In this document: positions 1-8,551 of the stretch, in pieces | Numbering within the stretch: position 1 is the first letter of the stretch | Layout: each line of letters starts with the position of its first letter | DNA from: an uncultured Candidatus Saccharibacteria bacterium | GTDB taxonomy: Bacteria; Patescibacteriota; Minisyncoccia; Phycocordibacterales; UBA918 | Assembly: GCA_964350985.1 (NCBI GenBank) | Contig: CAYGLK010000002.1 | Span: forward strand, 165,406 to 229,405 | Reading direction: 5' to 3' | DNA: 64,000 nucleotides | The notes under the pieces: generated by a model | The model's database searches: none | What the model saw: the letters and a program-made list of their open reading frames with translations, nothing else | What the model was told of the DNA's origin: nothing | Position numbers and translations under genes: made by a program

Positions 1-320
1 CTCTTACTTTCTTATTGATCTTTACTGAGTAATCTTTTGTACTGATTGGCCCATGAGCCACACCTCCTCCAACCCAGATTGGTGAACGAGTAGAACCGTG
101 TCGAGCGCGTCCTGTTCCTTTTTGCTTCCAAGGCTTTTTACCACCTCCTCGCACTTCACCTCGACCCTTAGTATGAGCAGTCGTTTCGCGAGCGTTAGCT
201 TGCATTCCGACAACTACTTCGTACACCAAGTCAGCATTCCAATTGAGACCAAAGACGGTCTCTGGAAGTGAGATTTTTCCTACTTCCTTTCCCTCGTGGG
301 AATAGATTTTTGAATCCATA
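1..320 (-). CDS. rplD: 50S ribosomal protein L4 (3'-partial; runs off window start)
   Basis: Minus-strand frame from ATG at 318-320 translates [76 protein letters not shown]..., the uL4 signature (GTGRAR). It lies directly downstream of rplC. The supplied ORF 22..213 is in a different frame and is spurious. Confidence 0.85.
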
Positions 321-333
321 TATTTATGCTTAC

Positions 334-954
334 TTAGATGCCACGCACCTCTACTAATGTTCCTTTTCGACCTGGTATAGCTCCGGCGATCAATAATACA
401 TTTTCAGCTGCATTAACTTGAAGTACTTCCAAGTTGATTACAGTAATCTTGTCTGAACCCATTCGTCCGGCCATTCGAGTTCCTTTGATAACTCGCTTGA
501 ATCCAGTTGAACCAATTGATCCTGGTTCACGTTCTGAGTGCTTTTGTCCGTGACTTCGACGACCTCCGGCAAAACCGTGTCGCTTAACCACTCCTTGAAA
601 TCCTTTTCCTTTTGAAATTGCAGAAACCGCAATCACGTCTCCAGGACTGAATACAGAAGCGTCGAAAGCAGAATCTTTTACAAGTTCACTAATCGTTGCT
701 TCTTCTCCAACTTTTGGACGAAACTCTTTTACATAGCGAGCGCTAGTTCCAGAGTGACCTTTTTGAGCTTTTGCTACTCGGTGTTCTTTTTGCTCTCCAG
801 TTGCAACCTGTACGGCTACATAACCATCTTTCTCAATATTTTTTACTTGAGAAATTTTGGCTGGAGCTACTTTAAGAATAGTAGCGGCCTTACAAACACC
901 GTTTTCATCGAAAACTTGTGTCATTCCAGCCTTAGTTCCAATAATGAATTTCAT
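334..954 (-). CDS. rplC: 50S ribosomal protein L3
   Basis: 206 aa; [19 protein letters not shown]... with [13 protein letters not shown] motif, typical uL3. Sits in S10-operon context. Confidence 0.95.
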   Translation of the reverse strand: MKFIIGTKAGMTQVFDENGVCKAATILKVAPAKISQVKNIEKDGYVAVQVATGEQKEHRVAKAQKGHSGTSARYVKEFRPKVGEEATISELVKDSAFDASVFSPGDVIAVSAISKGKGFQGVVKRHGFAGGRRSHGQKHSEREPGSIGSTGFKRVIKGTRMAGRMGSDKITVINLEVLQVNAAENVLLIAGAIPGRKGTLVEVRGI

Positions 955-989
955 TACGTATAACTAAACTAATAATGTTCTAAGACCGC

Positions 990-1055
990 CACAACAAACC
1001 GCGCCTACAAAATGTAGGGACACAAGGTCCACACATAAATAAGCGCGGTTTGTGC
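990..1055 (-). promoter_or_regulatory. Structured 5' leader element before rplC: 11-bp long-range helix (acaaaccgcgc/gcgcggtttgt) enclosing hairpins cctaca-aaa-tgtagg and ggac-acaag-gtcc
   Basis: Inverted repeats read directly from sequence; sits between an rpsJ-proximal terminator and the rplC ATG. Confidence 0.4.
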
Positions 1056-1113
1056 CCATTGGTCCAAGTAAGTCGAAACTTAACTTGTACTTAGGTCTTT
1101 AGAAACTGTCGCT

Positions 1114-1141
1114 ACTATAGCGTAATTGAGAGAAAAAGCAA
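1114..1141 (-). promoter_or_regulatory. Candidate sigma70-like promoter (TTGCTT-N16-TATAGT) for rplC-rplD, upstream of a structured about 150-nt leader
   Basis: Minus-strand hexamers read from the reverse complement of 1136-1141 and 1114-1119. Confidence 0.4.
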
Positions 1142-1167
1142 GTATTTATGGACTTAATGATGCTAAA

Positions 1168-1203
1168 TAAAAAAGCCGCCAGCTTTCGCTGGCGGCTTTT
1201 TTA
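1168..1203 (-). terminator. Intrinsic terminator directly after rpsJ (gccgccagc-tttcg-ctggcggc + T-run); palindromic, works on either strand
   Basis: Perfect 9-bp GC stem flanked by an A-run and a T-run, read directly. Confidence 0.7.
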
Positions 1204-1220
1204 TGAATGGCGGATGAATA

Positions 1221-1589
1221 CTACATCATCTTTACATCAATGTTCACTCCCGAAGGAAGTGATAGGTTCGTTAGAGCTTCTACCACTTTTGGTCCTGGGT
1301 TAAGAATATCAACTACTCGTTTATGCATTCGCATCTCGAACTGTTCTCGCGCATCTTTATAAACGAAAGTTGAGCGATTCACGGTATATTTCTTAATCTC
1401 AGTTGGTAGCGGTATTGGTCCAACCACCTTCGCATCAAAACGAAGTGCAGTATCGATTATTTGTTTGATACTCGCGTCCAAAATCTTGTGCTCGTAAGCA
1501 CGAACGCGAATACGCAATTTATTAATCTCGGCTGAAACAGCTTTGGTTTCTTTTGTCTTTGATTCTTTTTTTGTAGTATCAGTGGCCAT
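1221..1589 (-). CDS. rpsJ: 30S ribosomal protein S10
   Basis: 122 aa; core IRIRVRAYEHKILD...IPLPT matches uS10, with a short lysine-rich N-terminal extension. Immediately downstream of tuf. Confidence 0.9.
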   Translation of the reverse strand: MATDTTKKESKTKETKAVSAEINKLRIRVRAYEHKILDASIKQIIDTALRFDAKVVGPIPLPTEIKKYTVNRSTFVYKDAREQFEMRMHKRVVDILNPGPKVVEALTNLSLPSGVNIDVKMM

Positions 1590-1622
1590 AGTGTGTTTAG
1601 AGTTACCTTAGTTTAATAAAAT

Positions 1623-2816
1623 TTAGGCAACGATCTTTGTTACAACACCCGCACCAACTGTCTTACCACCTTCACGAATCGCGAAGTTTGTTTGTTCTTC
1701 CATAGCTACAGGAGCTACTAGTTTTACCTTGAACTTTGCAGTATCTCCAGGCATAACCATTTCTACTCCGTCCGCTAGAGTTACATCTCCAGTTACGTCT
1801 GTTGTTCGAACGTAGAACTGTGGCTTGTATCCAGTAAAGAATGGTGTGTGACGTCCTCCTTCATCCTTGCTTAGTACGTATACTTCAGCTTCAAATTCTG
1901 TATGAGGAGTTACTGAACCCTTCTTAGCAAGTACTTGTCCTCGGTGTACATCTTCTTTCTTTGTACCTCGTAGTAGAATACCAGCGTTGTCTCCAGCTTG
2001 AGCTTGGTCAAGTTGCTTGTTGAACATTTCCACTCCAGTAACTGTTGTTAGTGAAGTATCTTTGATACCAACGATTTCAACTTCCTCACCTACCTTAACA
2101 ATACCTCGTTCTACACGACCAGTTACTACTGTACCTCGACCTTCAATTGAGAAGATGTCTTCGATAGGCATCAAGAAAGGCTTATCTAGGTCTCGAACTG
2201 GTGTTGGGAAGAATGAGTCCATCGCATCAGCAAGTTCAATAATCTTATTGCCCCATTCTGAAGAAGAATCTTCTAGAGCCTTAAGACCTGAACCCTTAAT
2301 AACTGGAGCGTTAGCGCCATCAAAACCATTCTTTGTTAGAAGTTCTCGTAGTTCTTCTTCTACTAGTTCGATCATTTCAGCGTCGTCTACCATGTCACAC
2401 TTGTTTAGGAAAACAATGATGTTAGGTACACCAACTTGCTTAGCAAGAAGAACGTGCTCACTTGTTTGTGGCATCGCTCCATCAGTAGCAGCAACTACAA
2501 GTACAGCACCGTCCATTTGTGCAGCACCAGTAATCATGTTCTTGATGTAGTCGGCGTGACCTGGCGCATCGATGTGTGCGTAGTGTCGGTTTGGAGTTTC
2601 GTACTCAGAGTGTGAGAGTGAAATAGTAATACCTCGAGCTTTTTCTTCTGGGGCCTTATCAATATCTTCAACGGCCTTGACGTTAGCTGAATAGCCATTG
2701 CCTCGAGCTTGAAGAGTAGTAAGGATTGCAGCCGTAAGCGTAGTCTTTCCGTGGTCAACGTGACCAATAGTTCCTACGTTAATGTGTGGCTTAGAACGAT
2801 CAAATGCACCTGCCAT
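1623..2816 (-). CDS. tuf: Elongation factor Tu
   Basis: 397 aa; [26 protein letters not shown] GTPase motifs. Confidence 0.97.
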   Translation of the reverse strand: MAGAFDRSKPHINVGTIGHVDHGKTTLTAAILTTLQARGNGYSANVKAVEDIDKAPEEKARGITISLSHSEYETPNRHYAHIDAPGHADYIKNMITGAAQMDGAVLVVAATDGAMPQTSEHVLLAKQVGVPNIIVFLNKCDMVDDAEMIELVEEELRELLTKNGFDGANAPVIKGSGLKALEDSSSEWGNKIIELADAMDSFFPTPVRDLDKPFLMPIEDIFSIEGRGTVVTGRVERGIVKVGEEVEIVGIKDTSLTTVTGVEMFNKQLDQAQAGDNAGILLRGTKKEDVHRGQVLAKKGSVTPHTEFEAEVYVLSKDEGGRHTPFFTGYKPQFYVRTTDVTGDVTLADGVEMVMPGDTAKFKVKLVAPVAMEEQTNFAIREGGKTVGAGVVTKIVA

Positions 2817-2992
2817 AATAATGATAGATTAATTTATAGTTTATAAACCGCACACAGCTACTAAAAGCCGTGCCCGAGCGTACATTCTAGGCGGCGCGAG
2901 AACAATCGCGCTTAGAATGAACACGGAGGGCGTGTGAAAGAGCAATACTATGTTCGCTCCACAAAACAGCAGGGCTGTATGCGGTATCGGCA

Positions 2993-3020
2993 ATAGTACC
3001 AGAGTGAGATAGTTTTGCAA
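2993..3020 (-). promoter_or_regulatory. Candidate promoter (TTGCAA-N16-TACTAT) for tuf, followed by about 170-nt leader with long hairpin (cattctaagcgcg...cgcgccgcctagaatg)
   Basis: Hexamers at 3015-3020 and 2993-2998 on the minus strand; lies immediately downstream of terminator 3028-3053. Confidence 0.4.
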
Positions 3021-3021
3021 G

Positions 3022-3060
3022 CAAAAAGCCGCCGCACCCTAGGGTGCGGCGGCTTTTTGA
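3022..3060 (-). terminator. Intrinsic terminator hairpin gccgccgcaccctagggtgcggcggc flanked by A-run/T-run (tuf-fusA spacer)
   Basis: 13-bp GC-rich palindrome with flanking homopolymer runs. Confidence 0.7.
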
Positions 3061-3254
3061 CTTAATTGACCAATTTACTACGCTTCTTCTACAACATCCT
3101 TCAGGGTCCTTAAAATAATCACATACAATATGAATCTCAGAGAAAAACACAAATTTCGTTGACTCCTTACAGGAGCAGTACACCTTGTCGATATTTTAAG
3201 CTCTCGGGGAGCAAAAATATCTGACAAGGTCCGTAAAATATATAACGAAGAATA

Positions 3255-3296
3255 AAAATAAAAGCACCCCCTGGAGGGAGTGCTTTTATTTAGAAT
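3255..3296 (-). terminator. Intrinsic terminator after fusA (agcaccccctggagggagtgct + T-rich tract on minus strand)
   Basis: Stem-loop plus T-run read from the reverse complement. Confidence 0.65.
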
Positions 3297-3303
3297 TTTT
3301 TCA

Positions 3304-5475
3304 TTATGCTTCCTCTACAACATCTTTAACGCCTCTTGCTTTCTTAATATCGTTAGCCACGTTTGGTGGTACGACATCATAGTGATGGAATTCCATCATC
3401 ATTGAAGCTCGTCCTTGTGTCATTGACCGGAGCATGTTGGTGTAACCAAACATTTCAGACAGCGGTACTTTTGCAGTAATCACCTTCTTGTCTCCAATAT
3501 CAGCCATTCCTTCTACTTGGCCACGCTTACTAGAAATATTTCCGTTAACGTCACCCATGAATTGTTCTGGTGTTCGAACTTCGATCTTCATTACTGGCTC
3601 AAGTAGAACAGCACCAGCCTTAGCCGCTGCTTCCTTGAAAGCATAGATAGCCGCTAGTTTGAAAGCAATTTCTGAAGAGTCCACGTCGTGGAATGACCCA
3701 TCGTAAAGCTCAACAGTAACATCCTCCATCTTAAACCCAGCCACGAATCCTCGAGACATTGCTTCTTTACAACCTTTCATTACAGCTGGGATGTATTCTC
3801 CAGGAATAACTCCTCCCTTAATACTGTTGATGAATTCGTAGTGATCTTCACGAGTCACGTTCTTAGGAATCTTCTCATCTGGCTCCAGTTCTTTCATTGG
3901 TCGGATACGGATCTTCACGTGACCATACTGTCCCCGTCCTCCAGACTGCTTAACATACTTATATTCTGCCTCCGCATCTCGTTGAATAGTTTCACGATAA
4001 GCTACTTGTGGTGCTCCCACGTTTGCCTCAACGTTAAATTCTCGCTTCATACGATCTACTAGAATTTCTAGGTGAAGTTCACCCATTCCAGCGATAATTG
4101 TTTCCATTGTTTCTTCATCGGTAGAAACTTTGAAAGTTGGATCTTCATCAGCTAGCTTTCGTAGTGCTACACCCATTCTTTCTTGGTCACCCTTTGTCTT
4201 TGGTTCTACTCGAAGTGCTACCACTGGTTCTGGGAACTTAATTTGTTCAAGTATAATTGGGTGCGCTTCGTCACAAAGTGTATGAGAAGTCTTCACTTCC
4301 TTAAGTCCTACTCCAGCAGCAATTTCTCCAGCGTATACTTCCTCGATTTCTGTTCGCTTATCAGCTTGCAGTCGAACAATACGTCCAAGACGTTCCTTTT
4401 CACCTGTAGTTGAGTTGTAGATATAACTACCAGACTTCACCACTCCAGAATATACTCGGAAGAAAGTAAGCTGTCCTACAAACGGGTCAGTTTGTAGTTT
4501 GAAAGCCAAAGCACAAAAAGGTTCACTATCGTCTGGTAGACGAGTAATATCGCTTTCGTCTTTAGGATTAATACCCTTAATTGGTGGTAGGTCTGTTGGA
4601 GCTGGTAGGTAATCAACCACAGCGTCGAGTACTAGCTGTACACCAATGTTCTTTAGCGCAGAACCAGTCATCACAGGGAAAATCTCGTTTGCAATAACAG
4701 CTTTACGTAATGTGATCTTCAAGTCTTCAGTAGTTGGTTCGTTACCAGCTAGGAAAGCCTCCATCAAAACATCATCGTGCTCTACTACTCGCTCTACTAG
4801 TTCAGCTCGATACATCTCAGCATCAGCCTTTAGTTCTTCAGGAATTTCAACTTCCTTAACTTCCATTCCCATAACTCCTTCAAAGACGAAGGCTTTCATC
4901 TTGATCAAGTCAACTACACCCTTTAGTTGATCTTCAGCTCCCCAAGGTAGTTGGATACGAACTGCTTTCTTAGATAGTCGGTCTTGGATACTCTTGTATG
5001 ACTTTTCAAAACTCGCTCCCAATCGGTCCATCTTGTTGATGAAACAAATACGAGGTACACCAGCTTCGTCAGCGTAACCCCAGTTAGTTTCTGATTGTGG
5101 TTCTACTCCTGCTACAGAGTCAAACACTACTACAGCGCCGTCGAGCACACGCATTGATCGCTTTACTTCAGCAGTAAAGTCGATGTGTCCTGGAGTATCA
5201 ATAATATTAAAGTTGTACATCTTTGTCCGATCTTTTCGATCTTCCACTTCTGTTTTAGACCAGTTACAAGAAATAGCCGCTGCGGTAATAGTAATACCAC
5301 GCTCTCGTTCTTGCTCCATCCAGTCAGTGACGGTAGCACCATCGTGCACCTCACCAATCTTGTGACTCATCCCTGTATAGAAAAGTACGCGTTCTGAAGT
5401 GGTAGTCTTACCAGCATCAACGTGCGCCACAATTCCAAAGTTTCGCATTCTATCTACTCCAAATTCTCGTGCCAT
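3304..5475 (-). CDS. fusA: Elongation factor G
   Basis: 723 aa; AHVDAGKTTTSERVL, DTPGHIDF, full five-domain EF-G length. Confidence 0.97.
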   Translation of the reverse strand: MAREFGVDRMRNFGIVAHVDAGKTTTSERVLFYTGMSHKIGEVHDGATVTDWMEQERERGITITAAAISCNWSKTEVEDRKDRTKMYNFNIIDTPGHIDFTAEVKRSMRVLDGAVVVFDSVAGVEPQSETNWGYADEAGVPRICFINKMDRLGASFEKSYKSIQDRLSKKAVRIQLPWGAEDQLKGVVDLIKMKAFVFEGVMGMEVKEVEIPEELKADAEMYRAELVERVVEHDDVLMEAFLAGNEPTTEDLKITLRKAVIANEIFPVMTGSALKNIGVQLVLDAVVDYLPAPTDLPPIKGINPKDESDITRLPDDSEPFCALAFKLQTDPFVGQLTFFRVYSGVVKSGSYIYNSTTGEKERLGRIVRLQADKRTEIEEVYAGEIAAGVGLKEVKTSHTLCDEAHPIILEQIKFPEPVVALRVEPKTKGDQERMGVALRKLADEDPTFKVSTDEETMETIIAGMGELHLEILVDRMKREFNVEANVGAPQVAYRETIQRDAEAEYKYVKQSGGRGQYGHVKIRIRPMKELEPDEKIPKNVTREDHYEFINSIKGGVIPGEYIPAVMKGCKEAMSRGFVAGFKMEDVTVELYDGSFHDVDSSEIAFKLAAIYAFKEAAAKAGAVLLEPVMKIEVRTPEQFMGDVNGNISSKRGQVEGMADIGDKKVITAKVPLSEMFGYTNMLRSMTQGRASMMMEFHHYDVVPPNVANDIKKARGVKDVVEEA

Positions 5476-5680
5476 AATAATTTTACTAATTACTTCTTAT
5501 ACCTATATATGTATTGATAATTGATACTCCCTTTCAGCCCGACGACTTACTTGAAAGTAAGCTTGGAGAAAAGAAAAAGCCTAAACAGGCTTAACGCCGA
5601 TACTATACGGTATTTGAGCCCAATCGGCAACCGTTTAAAGCTACAAAATATAAAAAATGGATTAGGTTAGGTAAAACATG

Positions 5681-5706
5681 AATTATTCCCGAATGTAAAG
5701 ATTACT
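5681..5706. promoter_or_regulatory. Inverted repeat GAATGTAAAG-att-ACTTTACATTTC overlapping the likely promoter (TAGAAT about 8 nt before the ATG) of the oxidoreductase-DedA gene
   Basis: Read directly. Confidence 0.35.
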
Positions 5707-5738
5707 TTACATTTCATAATCTGCTAGAATATCCTTAT

Positions 5739-7820
5739 ATGCAAAATAATACTTTTGACGCAGTAGTGCTGGGAGCTGGGTCAGGCGGACTAACTACAGC
5801 TGTGGGCTTGAGTAAAGTCGGTCAAAAAGTACTTCTGGTTGAGCGTGAACATATGGGTGGCGAATGTACCAATACTGGTTGTGTTCCTAGTAAGGCCCTA
5901 CTCCATCATGCTAAGGGTTATTTTCATGCTACCAAGATTGCCGGTATGACTCCGAAGACCGAGACCTATCGCCAAGAAGCCTTTACCTACGTGCGAAACA
6001 AGATTGAAGAAATTTTAGCAGAAGAAACACCGGAACACTTTCAGAAACAAGGTATCACCGTCGTAATGGGGGAAGCCGAATTTACCGGCCCAGAGAGTAT
6101 TAAGGTTGGCACTGAAGAATACACCTTCAAAAAAGCAGTGATCGCTACTGGTTCTTCCCCGCGTCCACTTGATATCCCTGGACTGGAAGAAAAAATGATC
6201 CTAACCAACCAAAATATTTTTGATCTGACCAAGATTCCCGCTCGCACCCTGATTATTGGCGGCGGTCCAATCGGAATGGAAATGGGACAAGCTCTAGCTA
6301 TGCTTGGAAGCCAAGTAACTATTATTGAAAATGGTCCCCGTTTTGCGAAACTAGAGGATGAGGCTATTAGTCCAATCATTAACAGGAAGTTCGAACAGCT
6401 TGGCATCAAAATATATACCAATGCCAACGTGACCAAGATTGAAAATTACTTGGCTGAAGTCAAAGTAAAAGACGGAGATGGTGCTGAAGTCATGATGCCG
6501 AAGATTGCCTTCGATAAAGTCTTAATTGCGATTGGTCGAGTACCCAATCTTCCAAATGGTTTAGCCCTAGCTCAAATCAAGTGTGAAACTTACGGAATAA
6601 CCGTTAATAAAAACTGGCAGACCGCCAACAAAAACATTTATGCTTTGGGTGATGTCTCGGCCCGGATGAAATTTACCCACGTAGCAGACGACACCGCCAG
6701 ACAAGTTGTTGGCCGCATAGCTAGTAAGGGTTTCTTCAGTGTGAAGACAAAAGAAATTCCCAAAGTGACTTATACCGAACCTGAAATTGCTCAGGTAGGA
6801 CTTTCATACAAAGAAGCTTTGGAAGAATATGGCATTGGAAGAATAATGCGGATTGAAGTCCCATACAGTGAAAACGATCGAGCTAAGACTGATGCTGCTA
6901 CCGAAGGACTCTTAGTCATTACCGCCAAAAGACTTTCCGGAAAAATTTTAGGAGCAAATATTATCGGTGAAAATGCTGGAGACTTAATCGGGACTATTAC
7001 AGTGACAATGCAGCACAATATTTCTCTATACAAACTTCGCTCAACTATCTTTGCCTACCCAACTCTTTCCCTTCTCATCCGGAAAGCAGGTGACAAATTC
7101 TTTGGCCAGCAAATTGCTGACCTGAAGACCGACATCAAAAATCTGCTGAAACGTAATATCCCAAAATTAGTAGCGGTATTCTTCTGGCTATCGCTTATCA
7201 TTGGTTTCAATTATTACCGAGTATCGAATGATCTTTCCTACCAGGATATTTTGATGGAAATGTTAACCTTCTTCACCAGCACGGCTTATGGGCCACTGAT
7301 CTACATGGTTTTATATGCTTTGCGTCCACTCATACTTTTCCCAGCCACGATCCTGACCGCCCTTTCCGGAGCCTTGTTTGGCTTTTGGTGGGGAGTTCTC
7401 TATACCCTTATTGGTGAAAATCTTTCAGCCAACTTCGCCTACTGGATTGGCCGCTACTTCGGTAATGATTTCAAACTAGAAAAAACAGCCATTGGAAAAT
7501 GGGTTGAAGCGCTTCGTAAAAAGCCATTTGAATCTGTCTTATTTATGCGACTCTTCTATGTACCGTTTGATCTAACCAACTACGGCTCTGGAATCCTGAA
7601 GATAAAATGGTCTTCATACTTTACCGCTACCTTGATTGGTATTGTTCCTGGCCTGACTACCTTCGTAGCTCTGGGTGCTGCCGTTGATCTAGACAAGTTC
7701 CGCACAGACGGTATTACTTTTGACGCCTTCAACCCAGCTTTCTTAGCTTTGTCAGTAGGAATCTTTGTAGTTTCAATTATGATTTCTAACTATCTTAAGA
7801 AGAAGAAAGAAGTGAAGTAA
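5739..7820 (+). CDS. Fusion protein: class I pyridine nucleotide-disulfide (FAD) oxidoreductase N-terminal domain fused to a DedA/TVP38-TMEM64 family membrane domain
   Basis: N-terminus has GAGSGG FAD fold and the redox-active GGECTNTGCVPSK CxxxxC motif (lipoamide dehydrogenase/mercuric reductase class). The C-terminal ~230 aa are multi-pass membrane with DedA-like YVPFDLTNYGSGIL segment. Confidence 0.7.
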   Translation: MQNNTFDAVVLGAGSGGLTTAVGLSKVGQKVLLVEREHMGGECTNTGCVPSKALLHHAKGYFHATKIAGMTPKTETYRQEAFTYVRNKIEEILAEETPEHFQKQGITVVMGEAEFTGPESIKVGTEEYTFKKAVIATGSSPRPLDIPGLEEKMILTNQNIFDLTKIPARTLIIGGGPIGMEMGQALAMLGSQVTIIENGPRFAKLEDEAISPIINRKFEQLGIKIYTNANVTKIENYLAEVKVKDGDGAEVMMPKIAFDKVLIAIGRVPNLPNGLALAQIKCETYGITVNKNWQTANKNIYALGDVSARMKFTHVADDTARQVVGRIASKGFFSVKTKEIPKVTYTEPEIAQVGLSYKEALEEYGIGRIMRIEVPYSENDRAKTDAATEGLLVITAKRLSGKILGANIIGENAGDLIGTITVTMQHNISLYKLRSTIFAYPTLSLLIRKAGDKFFGQQIADLKTDIKNLLKRNIPKLVAVFFWLSLIIGFNYYRVSNDLSYQDILMEMLTFFTSTAYGPLIYMVLYALRPLILFPATILTALSGALFGFWWGVLYTLIGENLSANFAYWIGRYFGNDFKLEKTAIGKWVEALRKKPFESVLFMRLFYVPFDLTNYGSGILKIKWSSYFTATLIGIVPGLTTFVALGAAVDLDKFRTDGITFDAFNPAFLALSVGIFVVSIMISNYLKKKKEVK

Positions 7821-7926
7821 TGAGCTTAAAGAAAAAGAGTGGCCAGCAAGGCTGGCCACTCTTTTTCTTGTAGAATAGTATTTTGTACAAATTGCACAAA
7901 ATACTGGTTTAGAGTATAATTTCACT

Positions 7927-8169
7927 ATGAAAATAATTTCCACCAGCAAAGCACGAAATCTATTGCCAAAGTTTATCGCTTCCCTCAAGGAAAGTGACAA
8001 GGCTTTTGTGATTGGTCGTCGCAATACCCCTGAAGCGGTGATTATTAAATTTCCAAGCCATTTTCGAAATAATGTCTCTGATATTACCAATATCAATGCC
8101 TACTCCTCTAGTTTTGACTTCTTAGCAGATGAACCAGATCTGTATAGCGCCGCTGACGTAAAAAGTTAA
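7927..8169 (+). CDS. Type II antitoxin, Phd/YefM-like
   Basis: 80 aa; SKARNLLPKFIASL...FVIGRRNTPEAVII resembles the Phd/YefM N-terminal fold. It sits 3 nt upstream of a MazF/PemK-like toxin. Confidence 0.55.
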   Translation: MKIISTSKARNLLPKFIASLKESDKAFVIGRRNTPEAVIIKFPSHFRNNVSDITNINAYSSSFDFLADEPDLYSAADVKS

Positions 8170-8172
8170 ACA

Positions 8173-8508
8173 ATGAAAAGAAAAGTATTACATTGTAATA
8201 AAGGTGACATCTTACTCATTCCCTTTCCTTTTACTGACCTGTCTAGTAGTAAGCTTCGTCCAGGGGTTGTTCTAGCTCAAGATAAAAACGATATGACCCT
8301 AATCTTTATTACGAGCCAAAAACCAAAAGGAGAAAAGTTTTTGGAACTAAATCCAACCAAAGAAAATGGCATCAAAGTAAAGTCATATATTCGCTACACC
8401 AAAGTTGCCACTCTTGATTTAGCTATGTCACTTGGTCAAATTGGTAAATTAGACAGAGAAACACACAGCAAAATTGTTTCTAGCTTTAACGACTTTATTG
8501 CGATTTAA
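8173..8508 (+). CDS. Type II toxin, MazF/PemK family endoribonuclease
   Basis: 111 aa; GDILLIPFPFTDLSSSKLRPGVVL matches the PemK/MazF signature (GDI..v.fPf.d.s..K.RPa.Vl). Confidence 0.7.
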   Translation: MKRKVLHCNKGDILLIPFPFTDLSSSKLRPGVVLAQDKNDMTLIFITSQKPKGEKFLELNPTKENGIKVKSYIRYTKVATLDLAMSLGQIGKLDRETHSKIVSSFNDFIAI

Positions 8509-8518
8509 TTTTAATTAA

Positions 8519-8548
8519 AAACAGGGCGGCCTACGGCTGCCCTGTTTT
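8519..8548. terminator. Bidirectional terminator between convergent toxin gene and alkylation-repair-like gene
   Basis: cagggcggcc-tac-ggctgccctg hairpin with flanking A/T runs. Confidence 0.6.
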
Positions 8549-8551
8549 TGT

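Noticed and set aside
22-213. Supplied 63-aa minus-strand ORF at the window start
   Set aside because: It is out of frame with the clear rplD (uL4) reading frame that starts at 318-320 and runs off the window; the L4 frame has the conserved GTGRAR motif.
2017-2550. 177-aa plus-strand ORF
   Set aside because: It lies entirely antisense within tuf; low-complexity Ser/Thr-rich translation typical of an antisense artefact.
2887-3183. 98-aa Cys-rich minus-strand ORF in the tuf-fusA spacer
   Set aside because: It spans an intrinsic terminator and the tuf promoter/leader, and has no start context; more likely non-coding regulatory/sRNA sequence.
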